A DNA stretch of 64,000 bases, taken from Bdellovibrio sp. (GTDB lineage Bacteria > Bdellovibrionota > Bdellovibrionia > Bdellovibrionales > Bdellovibrionaceae). Position numbers and translations under genes: made by a program. Positions 18,290-28,225 of this stretch are shown in pieces. Location: NCBI GenBank assembly GCA_036677065.1, contig JAKFBS010000011.1, positions 32,001-96,000 on the forward strand, written 5' to 3'. The stretch's first letter is position 1. Each line of letters opens with the position of its first letter. Below the pieces are notes generated by a model, which saw nothing but the letters and a program-made list of their open reading frames with translations, made no database searches and was not told the DNA's origin.

Positions 18290-21100
18290 ATGTCTGGAAA
18301 AGAAATCACACTCAAGGATCTTAAAGATCTGAACAAAGATACATTAGACTCGATCGCAAAACGCGCGCATTACTTAGCGACGCAAATGATCTTTCAAGCC
18401 AACATCCGCGAAAAAGATAAAGGCGATCCAAAAATCGGCGGCCATCAATCGGCATCAGCTTCTGCCTTACACATCATGGGCGCATTACACTTAATCGTAA
18501 AATCAGGTTTTGATCATATCGCGAATAAGCCACATGCATCCCCTACTGATCACTCATATAATTATTTATTAGATTTATTTTTAAAATCTGATTTATCAAA
18601 ATTATCTGAAGAAGATAAAAACATCGCGATGATGGGCTTACGTAAGTATTCTAAAAACGGCGAACCGGTTTTTCAATCTTACCACTCAACTTACGATTCT
18701 GATCACCACAACTTCTTCCCGTCTGGCACCGTGGGCATTCCACCAGTTCAAGCCGGTTACTTAGCCTTAGCGTACCGTTTTGCTAAAGAGCATAACTACG
18801 ATATTCCAGATGCTCACTTCTGGGCTCTATCAGGAGATTCTGAATTCCGCGAAGGTTCAATGTATGAAGCTGTTCCAGATTTTGCTGAACGTGAAATCGG
18901 AAACCTAACTTGGATGGTCGACTACAACCGTCAATCGTTAGATGGTCACCGTATCGTGAATCAAAAAATCATGGAAGGCACTGATGCCGATCGTATTGAA
19001 AAATCGATGGCAGCCAATGGTTGGGAAGTGATTCAAGTACGTCACGGTTCTAAACGATTAGCCTTATTTAAAAAACCAGGCGGCGATGCTTTCAAAAAAT
19101 TATTAGAACACGAATTAGTCGATTACGATCTACAAGCGTTCTTATTAATTCAAGATCCAAAAGCTTTAAAAGCGGGAATGGCCAAAGACAATCCACAAAT
19201 TAAAAAATTCTTAGACGGCGTGTCTGGCGAAGAATTATACGAAGGCTTACGCGATTTCGGTGGTCACGACATGATTCAACTTGCTGAAGCGATGTTGAAA
19301 TCAAAAGAATCAAAACGTAAACCAACAATCATCATCGTTCATACGTTAAAAGGCTGGGGCTTAAAAATGGCCGCTCAACCTGGTAACCACTCGGCTTTAA
19401 ATAACCAAGAAGAGATGGACGAACTAAAAGCTAAACAAGGTATCAAAGGCGAAACTCTATTCGCAGGCTTTGATCCTAAAACTGCTGAAGGTAAATTTTT
19501 ACAAGCCCGTGGCGAAAAATTATATTCTGAAATCAAAGCGCAAAATGCTTTGAAAGATAAAAATAAAAATTTCTTCGCTAAAGAATTTGAAAAAATCGGT
19601 GGCTTTCCTGAAAAGTTAGACATCAACACAAAAATGGCCAGCTACCCGCACACACAATGGATGCTTGGTCAGTTAACTGCAAAATTAACTCGTATCGCAA
19701 ATGCTGATGTGACTAAATTAAATGATTTCGAAAAACGCTGGAAGACAGCGGGCGAATTATTTATGACCATGGCGCCAGACGTAGGAACTTCAACGAATTT
19801 AAATCCAGCAATGGATGGTAAAATCTTCGGAGCACCAACTGTTACTGACGTTGAAGCTGAATACGGCGTTAAAGACACGAAACTTCCTGATCTTGTTCCG
19901 GGCGAAGAAGAATCAGATCGTTTCTTACGTTTTGAAATCGCTGAAGGTAACGTAATGTCATGCGTGGGTTCGTTCGGTCGTATCCGCGACACCTTAGGCG
20001 TTCCTGTTATGCCTTTAATGACGGTTTACGATTTCTTTATTAAACGTGCCCTAGATCAGTACTTCTACAATCTTTACTGGAAGTCTTCTTTCATCTGCGT
20101 AGGTACTCCATCAGGTGTGACGTTATCTCCAGAAGGTGCGCAGCATGGTTGGAAGTCTGACTTCCAAATCCCTGGTCAAATCACTTGGGAGCCGTTCTTC
20201 TGTTTAGAGCTTGATTGGATTTTATGTGAATCATTCAAACGTCACTTATTAAACGACAATGCAGGCCGTAACGGTACATTACTTCGTTTAGTAACTCGTG
20301 GTGCTGACCAAAAAGATTTAATGAAATACTTAAATAAACAATTACGTTTCAAAGCTAATCCAGAATCAAAATTAGCCCGCGCTGAATTTCCAGTTGCAGG
20401 TGGTGTAAACGAAGAAGAAGTAACAGCAAAATCTGAAACTGAAATTCACGCTGTCATGCGCGAAGAAGTTTTAAAAGGCGCTTACTACTTAATCGACTAC
20501 CGAGGTTATGCTGGTTATGAACCAGGTGATAACGTTGTAAATATTTTCTCGATGGGTTCAATGACTACTGAAGCAATCAAAGCTTCAGAAGATTTATTAA
20601 CTCGCGGAATTTACGCAAACGTGATCGTTGTAACTTCGCCTGATTTATTATGCGGTATTTTAGCTCATGAAAATGACTACAACTACTTACGTAACGAATT
20701 AGGAATCACGTCTGATTTATATTTAAACCGTCAAGGTGACGTTGGTTCTGCAGATCTAGTGATGGCTTCAGGCCGCCGTATTCCGATCGTGTCAGTACAC
20801 GATGGTGAAGCAGGTCTACTTGATAATTTAGGTTCAATCGTTGGCGTAAGACAAGAATCATGCGCAGTACGTAAACACTCTAAGTGTGGTCGTCCGGTCG
20901 AGATCTATCACTTCCACAGCATCGACACTGAAGCAGTTGTTGAAGCCTGCGGAAAAGTATTATCAGAAACAGCATTAGAAAAAGTAATCGTAAATAAAAC
21001 TACGATGGAAGAAACAGCGCAAGCGACAGCTTCTAACGGCGAACAACGTCCTCACTGGACAGAGTTATGGCCTTCTAAAACACAAAATCAAAAGCACTAG
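18290..21100 (+). CDS. aceE: Pyruvate dehydrogenase E1 (homodimeric AceE type)
   Basis: KIGGHQSAS, ThDP motif GDSE..DYNRQSLD, HTLKGWG, GTPSGVTLSPEGAQH. Confidence 0.88.
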   Translation: MSGKEITLKDLKDLNKDTLDSIAKRAHYLATQMIFQANIREKDKGDPKIGGHQSASASALHIMGALHLIVKSGFDHIANKPHASPTDHSYNYLLDLFLKSDLSKLSEEDKNIAMMGLRKYSKNGEPVFQSYHSTYDSDHHNFFPSGTVGIPPVQAGYLALAYRFAKEHNYDIPDAHFWALSGDSEFREGSMYEAVPDFAEREIGNLTWMVDYNRQSLDGHRIVNQKIMEGTDADRIEKSMAANGWEVIQVRHGSKRLALFKKPGGDAFKKLLEHELVDYDLQAFLLIQDPKALKAGMAKDNPQIKKFLDGVSGEELYEGLRDFGGHDMIQLAEAMLKSKESKRKPTIIIVHTLKGWGLKMAAQPGNHSALNNQEEMDELKAKQGIKGETLFAGFDPKTAEGKFLQARGEKLYSEIKAQNALKDKNKNFFAKEFEKIGGFPEKLDINTKMASYPHTQWMLGQLTAKLTRIANADVTKLNDFEKRWKTAGELFMTMAPDVGTSTNLNPAMDGKIFGAPTVTDVEAEYGVKDTKLPDLVPGEEESDRFLRFEIAEGNVMSCVGSFGRIRDTLGVPVMPLMTVYDFFIKRALDQYFYNLYWKSSFICVGTPSGVTLSPEGAQHGWKSDFQIPGQITWEPFFCLELDWILCESFKRHLLNDNAGRNGTLLRLVTRGADQKDLMKYLNKQLRFKANPESKLARAEFPVAGGVNEEEVTAKSETEIHAVMREEVLKGAYYLIDYRGYAGYEPGDNVVNIFSMGSMTTEAIKASEDLLTRGIYANVIVVTSPDLLCGILAHENDYNYLRNELGITSDLYLNRQGDVGSADLVMASGRRIPIVSVHDGEAGLLDNLGSIVGVRQESCAVRKHSKCGRPVEIYHFHSIDTEAVVEACGKVLSETALEKVIVNKTTMEETAQATASNGEQRPHWTELWPSKTQNQKH

Positions 21101-21107
21101 GATATAA

Positions 21108-21857
21108 ATGTTTCCTGACAAAGGTGAATTGTTTAAAGCGGCAGATAAAAAATCAGATCATCTGGTTTTTTTCTGCCACTTTTTTAAAGGCCACAAAAAA
21201 GCCTTACGCCGCCATATCGATTTAGTAAACGATCTTGGTTTTGATGCTTACGCGTTTAATTTAAAAGATGATTTAAAAGATCATAAGTATGTGCCCTACT
21301 CTAAAAAATCAAAAAAGTTCGGCATGAAGCACGCTTTAGCTGAACAAATCGGTCAGCACTTAGAATTATTATCAGAATATAAAACTAAAATCCTTTTTGC
21401 TTTCTCGAATGTCGCAGGTTGTGCGATCGAAGCTCACACACTACGCCTTAAAGAAGGCAAGAATGATGTGATAGCGATGGTTTGTGATAGCGGACCAGGT
21501 GCGGGTAACTTTTTTCAATCTTCGTACATGTTACTAGAAGATCAAATCGGCGTTAAATCATTACCCCTAAAAATTATCGGCACACCGGCAGTTGCCTTTG
21601 GCTGGAGTCCGAAATTAAATTCTGATATTCGTCATGACTTAGATAGTTTTCCACAGGGATTTCCATTATTAAGTATTCGTGGCTGGCGCGATCGTTTGAT
21701 CACACCACAAGATATCGACAAAGTTTTTGATCATCATAAGAATTTAAATTGGAAAAAGCTTTCGTTACCTGAAGCAGGTCACTTAAATGGTCTTCGCGAT
21801 TTTCCGAGCGAATACAAACCTGCGGTCGAAGATTTTTTAAATCAGTTTATTCATTAG
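21108..21857 (+). CDS. Alpha/beta-hydrolase fold protein
   Basis: AFSN nucleophile elbow, DSGP, D-x-L-I, AGHL. Confidence 0.6.
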   Translation: MFPDKGELFKAADKKSDHLVFFCHFFKGHKKALRRHIDLVNDLGFDAYAFNLKDDLKDHKYVPYSKKSKKFGMKHALAEQIGQHLELLSEYKTKILFAFSNVAGCAIEAHTLRLKEGKNDVIAMVCDSGPGAGNFFQSSYMLLEDQIGVKSLPLKIIGTPAVAFGWSPKLNSDIRHDLDSFPQGFPLLSIRGWRDRLITPQDIDKVFDHHKNLNWKKLSLPEAGHLNGLRDFPSEYKPAVEDFLNQFIH

Positions 21858-21874
21858 TTAAGTATCTTACTTCA

Positions 21875-22927
21875 TTAATTCGATGTATTTTGCATATAGA
21901 TCTTGTAATGCCCTGCAAGGCTTTGGCAGCCATCACTCTGATCTGTAATAGTGCGTTTTGTAATTAAATAATTTTTCTCAGTTAACCGAAAAGACACCAT
22001 ATAAGAGCATGTTGTGTCTGAACCTTGATTAACGGCATGAATTCCATTTTGATTAACCACAATTTGATTAGTACTGAAAACTTCATTCTTGCCATTAGTC
22101 ACCCACGCCTCTTCTGCCAGGTTTATTTTATCGCCAAAAATATCTTCAGTAGATTTGAGTGAATACAAAAAAGAACCTTTTACGCCCCCGTTATCTGTGA
22201 TGCCGTCGGGAAAATATCCAAAACCAGAAGTCAAACTTCCACCACTCATTGCTCCGGCAAACCTCATCCAATTGCCTAAAAGTTCTTTCAACTGGGGAAT
22301 ACGTGCCTTTGAAAAAGCTTCTTCTGCAGCCTCAAAACTAAAGTAAGCGCTATTGCCATTTAGTGGTGGATTTTTTTGAGCAGCAGCAGCTGTTTTATAT
22401 ATTCTATAATTCTTATCGCCACCCTTGCATGTAGAGCTCTGAGTAATCTGAGTTTTGGTAATTAACATATTGTCTTTTGTAATACGAAAAACTAACGTTT
22501 GTTCACAAAATTCATCTGTTTCAGGAGTAAGACGAGTCACTTCTGATTTATATGTCACTAAGCGTGTAGAGTCCCAGATATTATTGTATTTGCCCTCTGC
22601 GGTGCGAACCCTTTCGAACAATAGGGTACTGGTACCAAAAATATCTTTCGCGAACATAAAGAAATTCCAGATGTAGCCTTTGTTGCCCGCATTACTTGTT
22701 ACAATGCCATCTGGAAAATAACCAACTTCCCAACTTGGCGTCTGACTATCTGTGGCTCCACCAATCATCATCCAAGCACCAACAAGCTCTTGAGTTTTAG
22801 GAACATGAGCGTCAGCAAATATTTTTTGTGCTTTAGCAAAATCAAAGTTACCTGCTTCATTTGATTGAGCAACAGATGTTATAGATACGAGCATAGACAT
22901 TGCAAAAATCATTACGATTTTTATCAT
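21875..22927 (-). CDS. Secreted hypothetical protein with an internal two-domain duplication
   Basis: AGGAG SD; signal peptide; repeated ELxGxWM..GYFPDGI..DIFG..FR(I/L)T..LITK. Confidence 0.75.
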   Translation of the reverse strand: MIKIVMIFAMSMLVSITSVAQSNEAGNFDFAKAQKIFADAHVPKTQELVGAWMMIGGATDSQTPSWEVGYFPDGIVTSNAGNKGYIWNFFMFAKDIFGTSTLLFERVRTAEGKYNNIWDSTRLVTYKSEVTRLTPETDEFCEQTLVFRITKDNMLITKTQITQSSTCKGGDKNYRIYKTAAAAQKNPPLNGNSAYFSFEAAEEAFSKARIPQLKELLGNWMRFAGAMSGGSLTSGFGYFPDGITDNGGVKGSFLYSLKSTEDIFGDKINLAEEAWVTNGKNEVFSTNQIVVNQNGIHAVNQGSDTTCSYMVSFRLTEKNYLITKRTITDQSDGCQSLAGHYKIYMQNTSN

Positions 22928-23064
22928 GGGATTTATTCTCCTGAGTAAATGAAATTTTATTGAACATAGCTTATTCTGTTTAATTTGAGAACCGAAATTG
23001 GGGTTACCATGATTTTTTTGGCAATAGTTTGGCACGACGCTTAGATTCAGGCGAGGACGCTCAT

Positions 23065-23463
23065 CTAATTACCTTTTTTCTCCAACAAAATTCTCTCCAC
23101 ATCCTTCTCTGTCCAGAAGTGACCTTGAGAACTTGATAATCTAAAATGACTGCTATCTCCTACGGTGTAATCTAATTTGTTCCCATCACCATCAAGAAAG
23201 TTCTTATCCTCAAGCTTTCTATTTGGTTGATAGCAAGTATTTCCAACTTTCAATATATCGATTCCTTCTGATTGGCTTGGGAAACGATTACACCCTCTAA
23301 AGAAGTCCGCGAGTGCATATCGTAATGGCATTGCATTATTCTTTGTACGGCTCCAACTTGCTTCTGTTCGATATAAAATTTGATTGCCGATTAGGTATAC
23401 TAGTAAAATGACAAAAATTAGAGTCATGACAACTATTGATACTACACGTGCTTTATTTTTCAT
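23065..23463 (-). CDS. Membrane-anchored GspG/pseudopilin-like protein; candidate immunity protein
   Basis: N-terminal TM; ALADFFRGCNRFPSQSEGIDIL..LDGDGNKLDY resembles the GspG core; abuts the Rhs stop codon. Confidence 0.55.
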   Translation of the reverse strand: MKNKARVVSIVVMTLIFVILLVYLIGNQILYRTEASWSRTKNNAMPLRYALADFFRGCNRFPSQSEGIDILKVGNTCYQPNRKLEDKNFLDGDGNKLDYTVGDSSHFRLSSSQGHFWTEKDVERILLEKKGN

Positions 23464-26400
23464 TTATTTTCTTCCAACACATTTTAAAAACCTATCTCCA
23501 TAATCTTGAGAGAACTGATTTGCATCCAAAGTTATACGAGAATGGAAAGCATTTTTATTAAAAATTGCATCCCACACGCTTCTTACTGCGCCCACTTTAC
23601 CGGCTTTATAATGCAATCCTTCATGATAAACAGTATCTAAAAGATCCACCATTTGCTCATTATTTAATTTTCCTAAATACTTTGTATTTAGCAAGATCTG
23701 ATTTCTCAACACACTAGTTTCACCTACATCGTTGGGGTGTTCGAATGTACCAAATTTAACCGAATTCAACTCTGGAATGAAATTTTTAACAAACTCGATT
23801 GCATTATCAATATCTTCCTGTGTTAATCCGGTCGGATCTACATAACTTATAGGATCTCCTCCTACATAACTATATAAATTCGTATCGCCACCGCTAAATC
23901 CAATCGGATCTTTACTAATCCAGCGCCCGATCTCTGGATCATACCAACGCGCTCCAAAATGAACTAAATTCGTATGATGATCATACAATCCACCTGCGAA
24001 ACCAAATGGTTGAAAACCTGGATTCGTATTTTTTAAAATTCTTCCGAATTCATCATGCAACATTTCTTGCATAATTGTGCCGTCGCTAATTCTAACAACC
24101 AATCTTACGCTTCCCAGATGATCAGTAACAATACGATAAACCATGCCCTTCATAATCATGAAGTCTGGTGCATGAGATTTCGACGCATAACCAAATCGCT
24201 GTAATACGTTACCTTCAGCATCTAATACACCAGTCAGCCTTAGTGGGCCTTGATATATATAAGTGCTTTGCAATACTCCGTTTACAAAATTCTGCGCTCT
24301 TCTTCTAAGACCATCGTACTCATAACTAATTGCTGTCGAACCTAATTTAACTGCCGCAAGCTGACCTAACGAATTAAAAACATAAGATGTTTCTTGGTTA
24401 GTTATCGAATTTTTCTTCGAAACAAGATCACCTTTTAAGTTATATTTATAATTCTGTGTGTTGTATGCAGAAAGCCGGTCTTGCGAATCAAACACCGACT
24501 TAATCGATTGAGTACTTACATTTCCACCAACACGATTTCCATTAGCATCATAAACATACCTAGAAGCAATGGTTCCATTAGTTTGTGCTTCAATCAGTTT
24601 GCCACCCAAGTCGTACGCGTAGTCATACGTTACCTCGACGTTATTAATTGATTCGATTTTTTTAACTATTCTACCTAACTCATCACGAATTAATTTGTAT
24701 GAATATAAAGCTGGATCGACCAAAACAGCTTTATTGTGATATTTTAGAACATAAGAATTTAATTCTCCCAATTGATTGTACGAAAATTCGTCTCTAGCTG
24801 TGTTTTCACCTTCGAAGACTTTAGTTTCACTGATTTGTCCTGAGTCAGATGCATATAAAATATCTTCGTTACCTATGCGGCTGATTTTTCCTGCAGGCCC
24901 ATAATTATATTTGAAAATAATTCTAGGCGAGCCTTTAACGCCGTTTACAACTACATCTTCAACAAGTCGTCCTAACGAATTAGGAAATGCCATATATGCA
25001 CCGACAACAGCGTTCTCTTTTTCTAAAACATCCTGATTTAAAAACCCACCTTCAAGCGGGTATAAATACGACGCTAAAGTAGTTGGAGTTTTAATTCCAT
25101 CATAAATTCCAAACTTAGAATTAAATCTGTAGTTGTAAGTGCCTTCTGGAGTTACAATACTTTCAAGTGTGCCGTTGGCTTGGTGATAATTGAAAATATT
25201 CATACTGCCATCCGGGAATGTAATTGCAGTTAGTTGTTTATCAACATTGTACGAGTAGTTTGTCGGAGTTGATTCTTCACCTTCCAACATGGGTGGAGAA
25301 TAACTTATTGGTAATTCTAATGCGTTGAAACTAAAGTTATGTTTTTGCTTGTTTGCTGGAGTGATAGCAATCAATTTGTCATTTTCATCGTAATTATAGA
25401 TAACTTTTCTGCCATCGGGATATTGAATAGAATCTAATTTTCCAGTTTTAGTATAAGTATAATCAGTTGATTGGCCTAGAACATCTCTTGTTGAAGTTAA
25501 CAAATTTGTTAATGGATCATAAATATTCTCAATAATACGATTGCCCTGAGATATACGAACCAGTTTGTCTTGCTTATACAAAAACGTTGTCGGCACATAG
25601 CTTCCCCATTGAAAAGCTACAACTCTTTCAAATTCATCAATTTGTGATTTAAAATTAATGCCATCTGCAGTTTGTGTGGTGAATATTCTTTTTTCGCCAT
25701 TGTAACTTGTTACAGTATTCTCTCCAAACGCATCAGTTAGTTTAGAAGAATAATTCTTGATCGAAAAAGGATTGGTAGGATCATTTAATTCAAAATTTTC
25801 TAATGTTTTTGCCTTTGTATTTAAAGTTGTTCCAGAAGCTACGTTGCGTGTGACAGTGCGGGCGAAATCCTTAAATCTCAGATCTGGCGTATAGTAAGTA
25901 GAATAATCTATTCCGTTTTTTCTTTCAGACAATTCACTCTCAGCAGCCCACGACTGTACCACGGTTTGATACGGATTCAGAACACGCTTATAATAATAGA
26001 CCTCGTCTTTTCCATCAGCGTTTTTGTACGTTTGATTATCAGTTGTATAGTTTGTGATACGGCCCATTGGCGATTTAGAATTAATTTGTGTTGGTTTGCC
26101 AGGCGCAACATTCTTTTCTAAATTGATACTATATCCGCCTGAATGAGCATCGTAAATTAAATTACCTAGATTATCATATGAAAACGAACTGACTTGCCCT
26201 TGGGGCTTTCTGAATGTTTTTAATAAACCTAATTCGTTATGGTAAGTTACTGAGTACGTTTGACCCGCAGGATTTTTAATCGCAGAAATAAATTTAAAAT
26301 TATTCAGAGTTATTTGCGTTACTTGGCCACCAGGTGCAGTAATTGAAACTAAATCCCCTTCTGCGTTACGATTGAACAGAGTTCTTTTGCCGAATGCATC

Positions 26401-27414
26401 TGAAATTGAATTCAATAATCCATTTACACCATGCTCAAATGAATATACTAAAGCACCTAACCAAAAAGTTTTAGTTTGAAGATGTTTACCACTTAACGAA
26501 TCAAAAATATAAATAAGCGATCTATCAGAATCGATCACTCGCAATTGATTATTAGCCAATAGTTCTGCTTTTGCTGTTAAACTTGAACCATCCCCTCTTA
26601 ACACTTGTTTGCGATTTAAATCATAGAAGTGGTAAATAGTCGGAAGCCAAAGTCCAAATCCTAAATACTTCGCTTGCAAGCTCCCCATCGGAACTTGGAA
26701 AGATGTTGCAACTCCTGTTGGAAATTGCTTAACAAAAACCTCGGCTGCAATAGACCCGATGTTTTGACTTCCATTTACTTTTCCATTCCAAACATATTGA
26801 GAACTAAGATTCGTAGAAATTGGAAGAGCTTTATTCTCAACCATTTCGCCGTTTATTTTAATCGCGTATTTAACTTGAGTAGCACCAGCATCAAGTTTAT
26901 CTGAAGTCAGCGGAATTCTTAGAGTGTAATCACCAATTCTTCCAGAAACCTTATTCGTAAAATAAGCTAATGAAAAATTAGTACCGACGATTCGCACTTC
27001 TTCCCCAAGCACTTGGTTATCTGTAAAAATAATTGAGCCTGTTTTACATGAAGGTTTATCAACAGAAGGTTTTGTAATCGTTACCGGAGTTGGATCATAT
27101 TTCGGTGACGTCGGTGGTTGTGGTGTTGGCGTCGGGGTTGGAGGAGTTGGCGTTGGAGTTGGAGCTCCACCATCGCAGTAAGCTGTGGCTCTTCCTACAT
27201 CTACAGCTCCCTGCCAACTAATAGTACATTCAGATTCAAATCCCCCCTCAAAATAGCGGACGACTTTAAATTCTCTCTTCATATCTGGAGGACCACTTAT
27301 TTCAAGACATTGCTTTTTATGACGTTCGATCTCGTCCTTACAAGAAACTGCTTGAGCTTGAGAATTGAAAGCTAAAACTACAATTAACAATAACGAACGA
27401 AAAATAGAATTCAT
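23464..27414 (-). CDS. Rhs/YD-repeat, teneurin-like protein with signal peptide and C-terminal HExxH domain
   Basis: YD repeats; core PFGFAGGLYD..HFGARWYDPEIGRWISKDPIG..NLYSYV..DPTGL; C-terminal YHEGLH; Pro/Thr linker. Confidence 0.92.
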   Translation of the reverse strand: MNSIFRSLLLIVVLAFNSQAQAVSCKDEIERHKKQCLEISGPPDMKREFKVVRYFEGGFESECTISWQGAVDVGRATAYCDGGAPTPTPTPPTPTPTPQPPTSPKYDPTPVTITKPSVDKPSCKTGSIIFTDNQVLGEEVRIVGTNFSLAYFTNKVSGRIGDYTLRIPLTSDKLDAGATQVKYAIKINGEMVENKALPISTNLSSQYVWNGKVNGSQNIGSIAAEVFVKQFPTGVATSFQVPMGSLQAKYLGFGLWLPTIYHFYDLNRKQVLRGDGSSLTAKAELLANNQLRVIDSDRSLIYIFDSLSGKHLQTKTFWLGALVYSFEHGVNGLLNSISDAFGKRTLFNRNAEGDLVSITAPGGQVTQITLNNFKFISAIKNPAGQTYSVTYHNELGLLKTFRKPQGQVSSFSYDNLGNLIYDAHSGGYSINLEKNVAPGKPTQINSKSPMGRITNYTTDNQTYKNADGKDEVYYYKRVLNPYQTVVQSWAAESELSERKNGIDYSTYYTPDLRFKDFARTVTRNVASGTTLNTKAKTLENFELNDPTNPFSIKNYSSKLTDAFGENTVTSYNGEKRIFTTQTADGINFKSQIDEFERVVAFQWGSYVPTTFLYKQDKLVRISQGNRIIENIYDPLTNLLTSTRDVLGQSTDYTYTKTGKLDSIQYPDGRKVIYNYDENDKLIAITPANKQKHNFSFNALELPISYSPPMLEGEESTPTNYSYNVDKQLTAITFPDGSMNIFNYHQANGTLESIVTPEGTYNYRFNSKFGIYDGIKTPTTLASYLYPLEGGFLNQDVLEKENAVVGAYMAFPNSLGRLVEDVVVNGVKGSPRIIFKYNYGPAGKISRIGNEDILYASDSGQISETKVFEGENTARDEFSYNQLGELNSYVLKYHNKAVLVDPALYSYKLIRDELGRIVKKIESINNVEVTYDYAYDLGGKLIEAQTNGTIASRYVYDANGNRVGGNVSTQSIKSVFDSQDRLSAYNTQNYKYNLKGDLVSKKNSITNQETSYVFNSLGQLAAVKLGSTAISYEYDGLRRRAQNFVNGVLQSTYIYQGPLRLTGVLDAEGNVLQRFGYASKSHAPDFMIMKGMVYRIVTDHLGSVRLVVRISDGTIMQEMLHDEFGRILKNTNPGFQPFGFAGGLYDHHTNLVHFGARWYDPEIGRWISKDPIGFSGGDTNLYSYVGGDPISYVDPTGLTQEDIDNAIEFVKNFIPELNSVKFGTFEHPNDVGETSVLRNQILLNTKYLGKLNNEQMVDLLDTVYHEGLHYKAGKVGAVRSVWDAIFNKNAFHSRITLDANQFSQDYGDRFLKCVGRK

Positions 27415-27500
27415 ATGGGCTCCCTCAGAACCCAACGGTATAAATAAATATTAATTTATAAGCAACAGAATTTATCGAAGCCCGAAATCAGGCATCTTCT

Positions 27501-28154
27501 TCATTTCTTAACAACCAGAAGAAGTCCCTCTTCAGTCGGCACAAACGACGCAGAAAAATTCGCATCCGCGAAAATATCCTTCGTCATCTCTTTCACCGTC
27601 TGAACTTGTTTATCGCTGAACTTCTGTTTTGACAGATCTCCCCAGACACTTCCTGCTAAAAACACATTGTCGATGAGGATCATTCCACCTGATCGGATAT
27701 TGTTTTTTGCCCACAGCCAGTAATCTTTATAGGCCGCTTTATTACCGTCGATGAAGATCGCATCAAACGGCCCTTGGCTTGATAGCTTAGGCAGCTCTTC
27801 ACGAGCATCACCGGCCACTATCATGCATTGGCCGCGGTCGATCCAGGGCTTTAAAGCTTGGCTTGCAAGCGCTATATGTTCAGTAGACTTTTCTAATGTG
27901 TAAATGATGCCATCTTGTTGTAATGATTGAAGAAAGTACTGACAAGATAGGCCTGTAAGGGTGCCGATTTCTACTACTTTTTTCGGTTTAATTAGGCCCA
28001 CTAAAAACCCCATTAAATGGGCTTCGGTATGAGAAACAGAAATCCCACCTAAACCCAATTGATCTGCGAATTTGCGTGAAAGCTGCATGTGTTCGTTTTC
28101 AAGTTGATAACAATTTTCAATGTAGGTGTACGAGGGCTGGATTGAATTTCTCAT
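27501..28154 (-). CDS. SAM-dependent O-methyltransferase (caffeoyl-CoA OMT-like)
   Basis: VEIGTLTGLS, GDA, FDAIFIDGNK, IDNVF. Confidence 0.9.
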   Translation of the reverse strand: MRNSIQPSYTYIENCYQLENEHMQLSRKFADQLGLGGISVSHTEAHLMGFLVGLIKPKKVVEIGTLTGLSCQYFLQSLQQDGIIYTLEKSTEHIALASQALKPWIDRGQCMIVAGDAREELPKLSSQGPFDAIFIDGNKAAYKDYWLWAKNNIRSGGMILIDNVFLAGSVWGDLSKQKFSDKQVQTVKEMTKDIFADANFSASFVPTEEGLLLVVKK

Positions 28155-28225
28155 GCTTATTGTTTACGTCGAAAAAATTGGATTTTCAATTGCTGATCAT
28201 TAGGCAAACCATTATAACTGACTGC

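Noticed and set aside
23029..23044. TTGGCACGACGCTTAG as a sigma-54 promoter
   Set aside because: Lacks the -12 GC and points antisense to the neighbouring genes.
21875..27435. Rhs region as a mobile element or prophage
   Set aside because: No integrase, transposase, tRNA or flanking repeats seen; GC shift not computed.
28076..28225. ORF-track N-terminal extensions (oppD; also leuS, speB, fliC 8285, FecR 31811)
   Set aside because: They overlap neighbouring genes or promoters; downstream ATGs fit the family N-termini or SD positions better.
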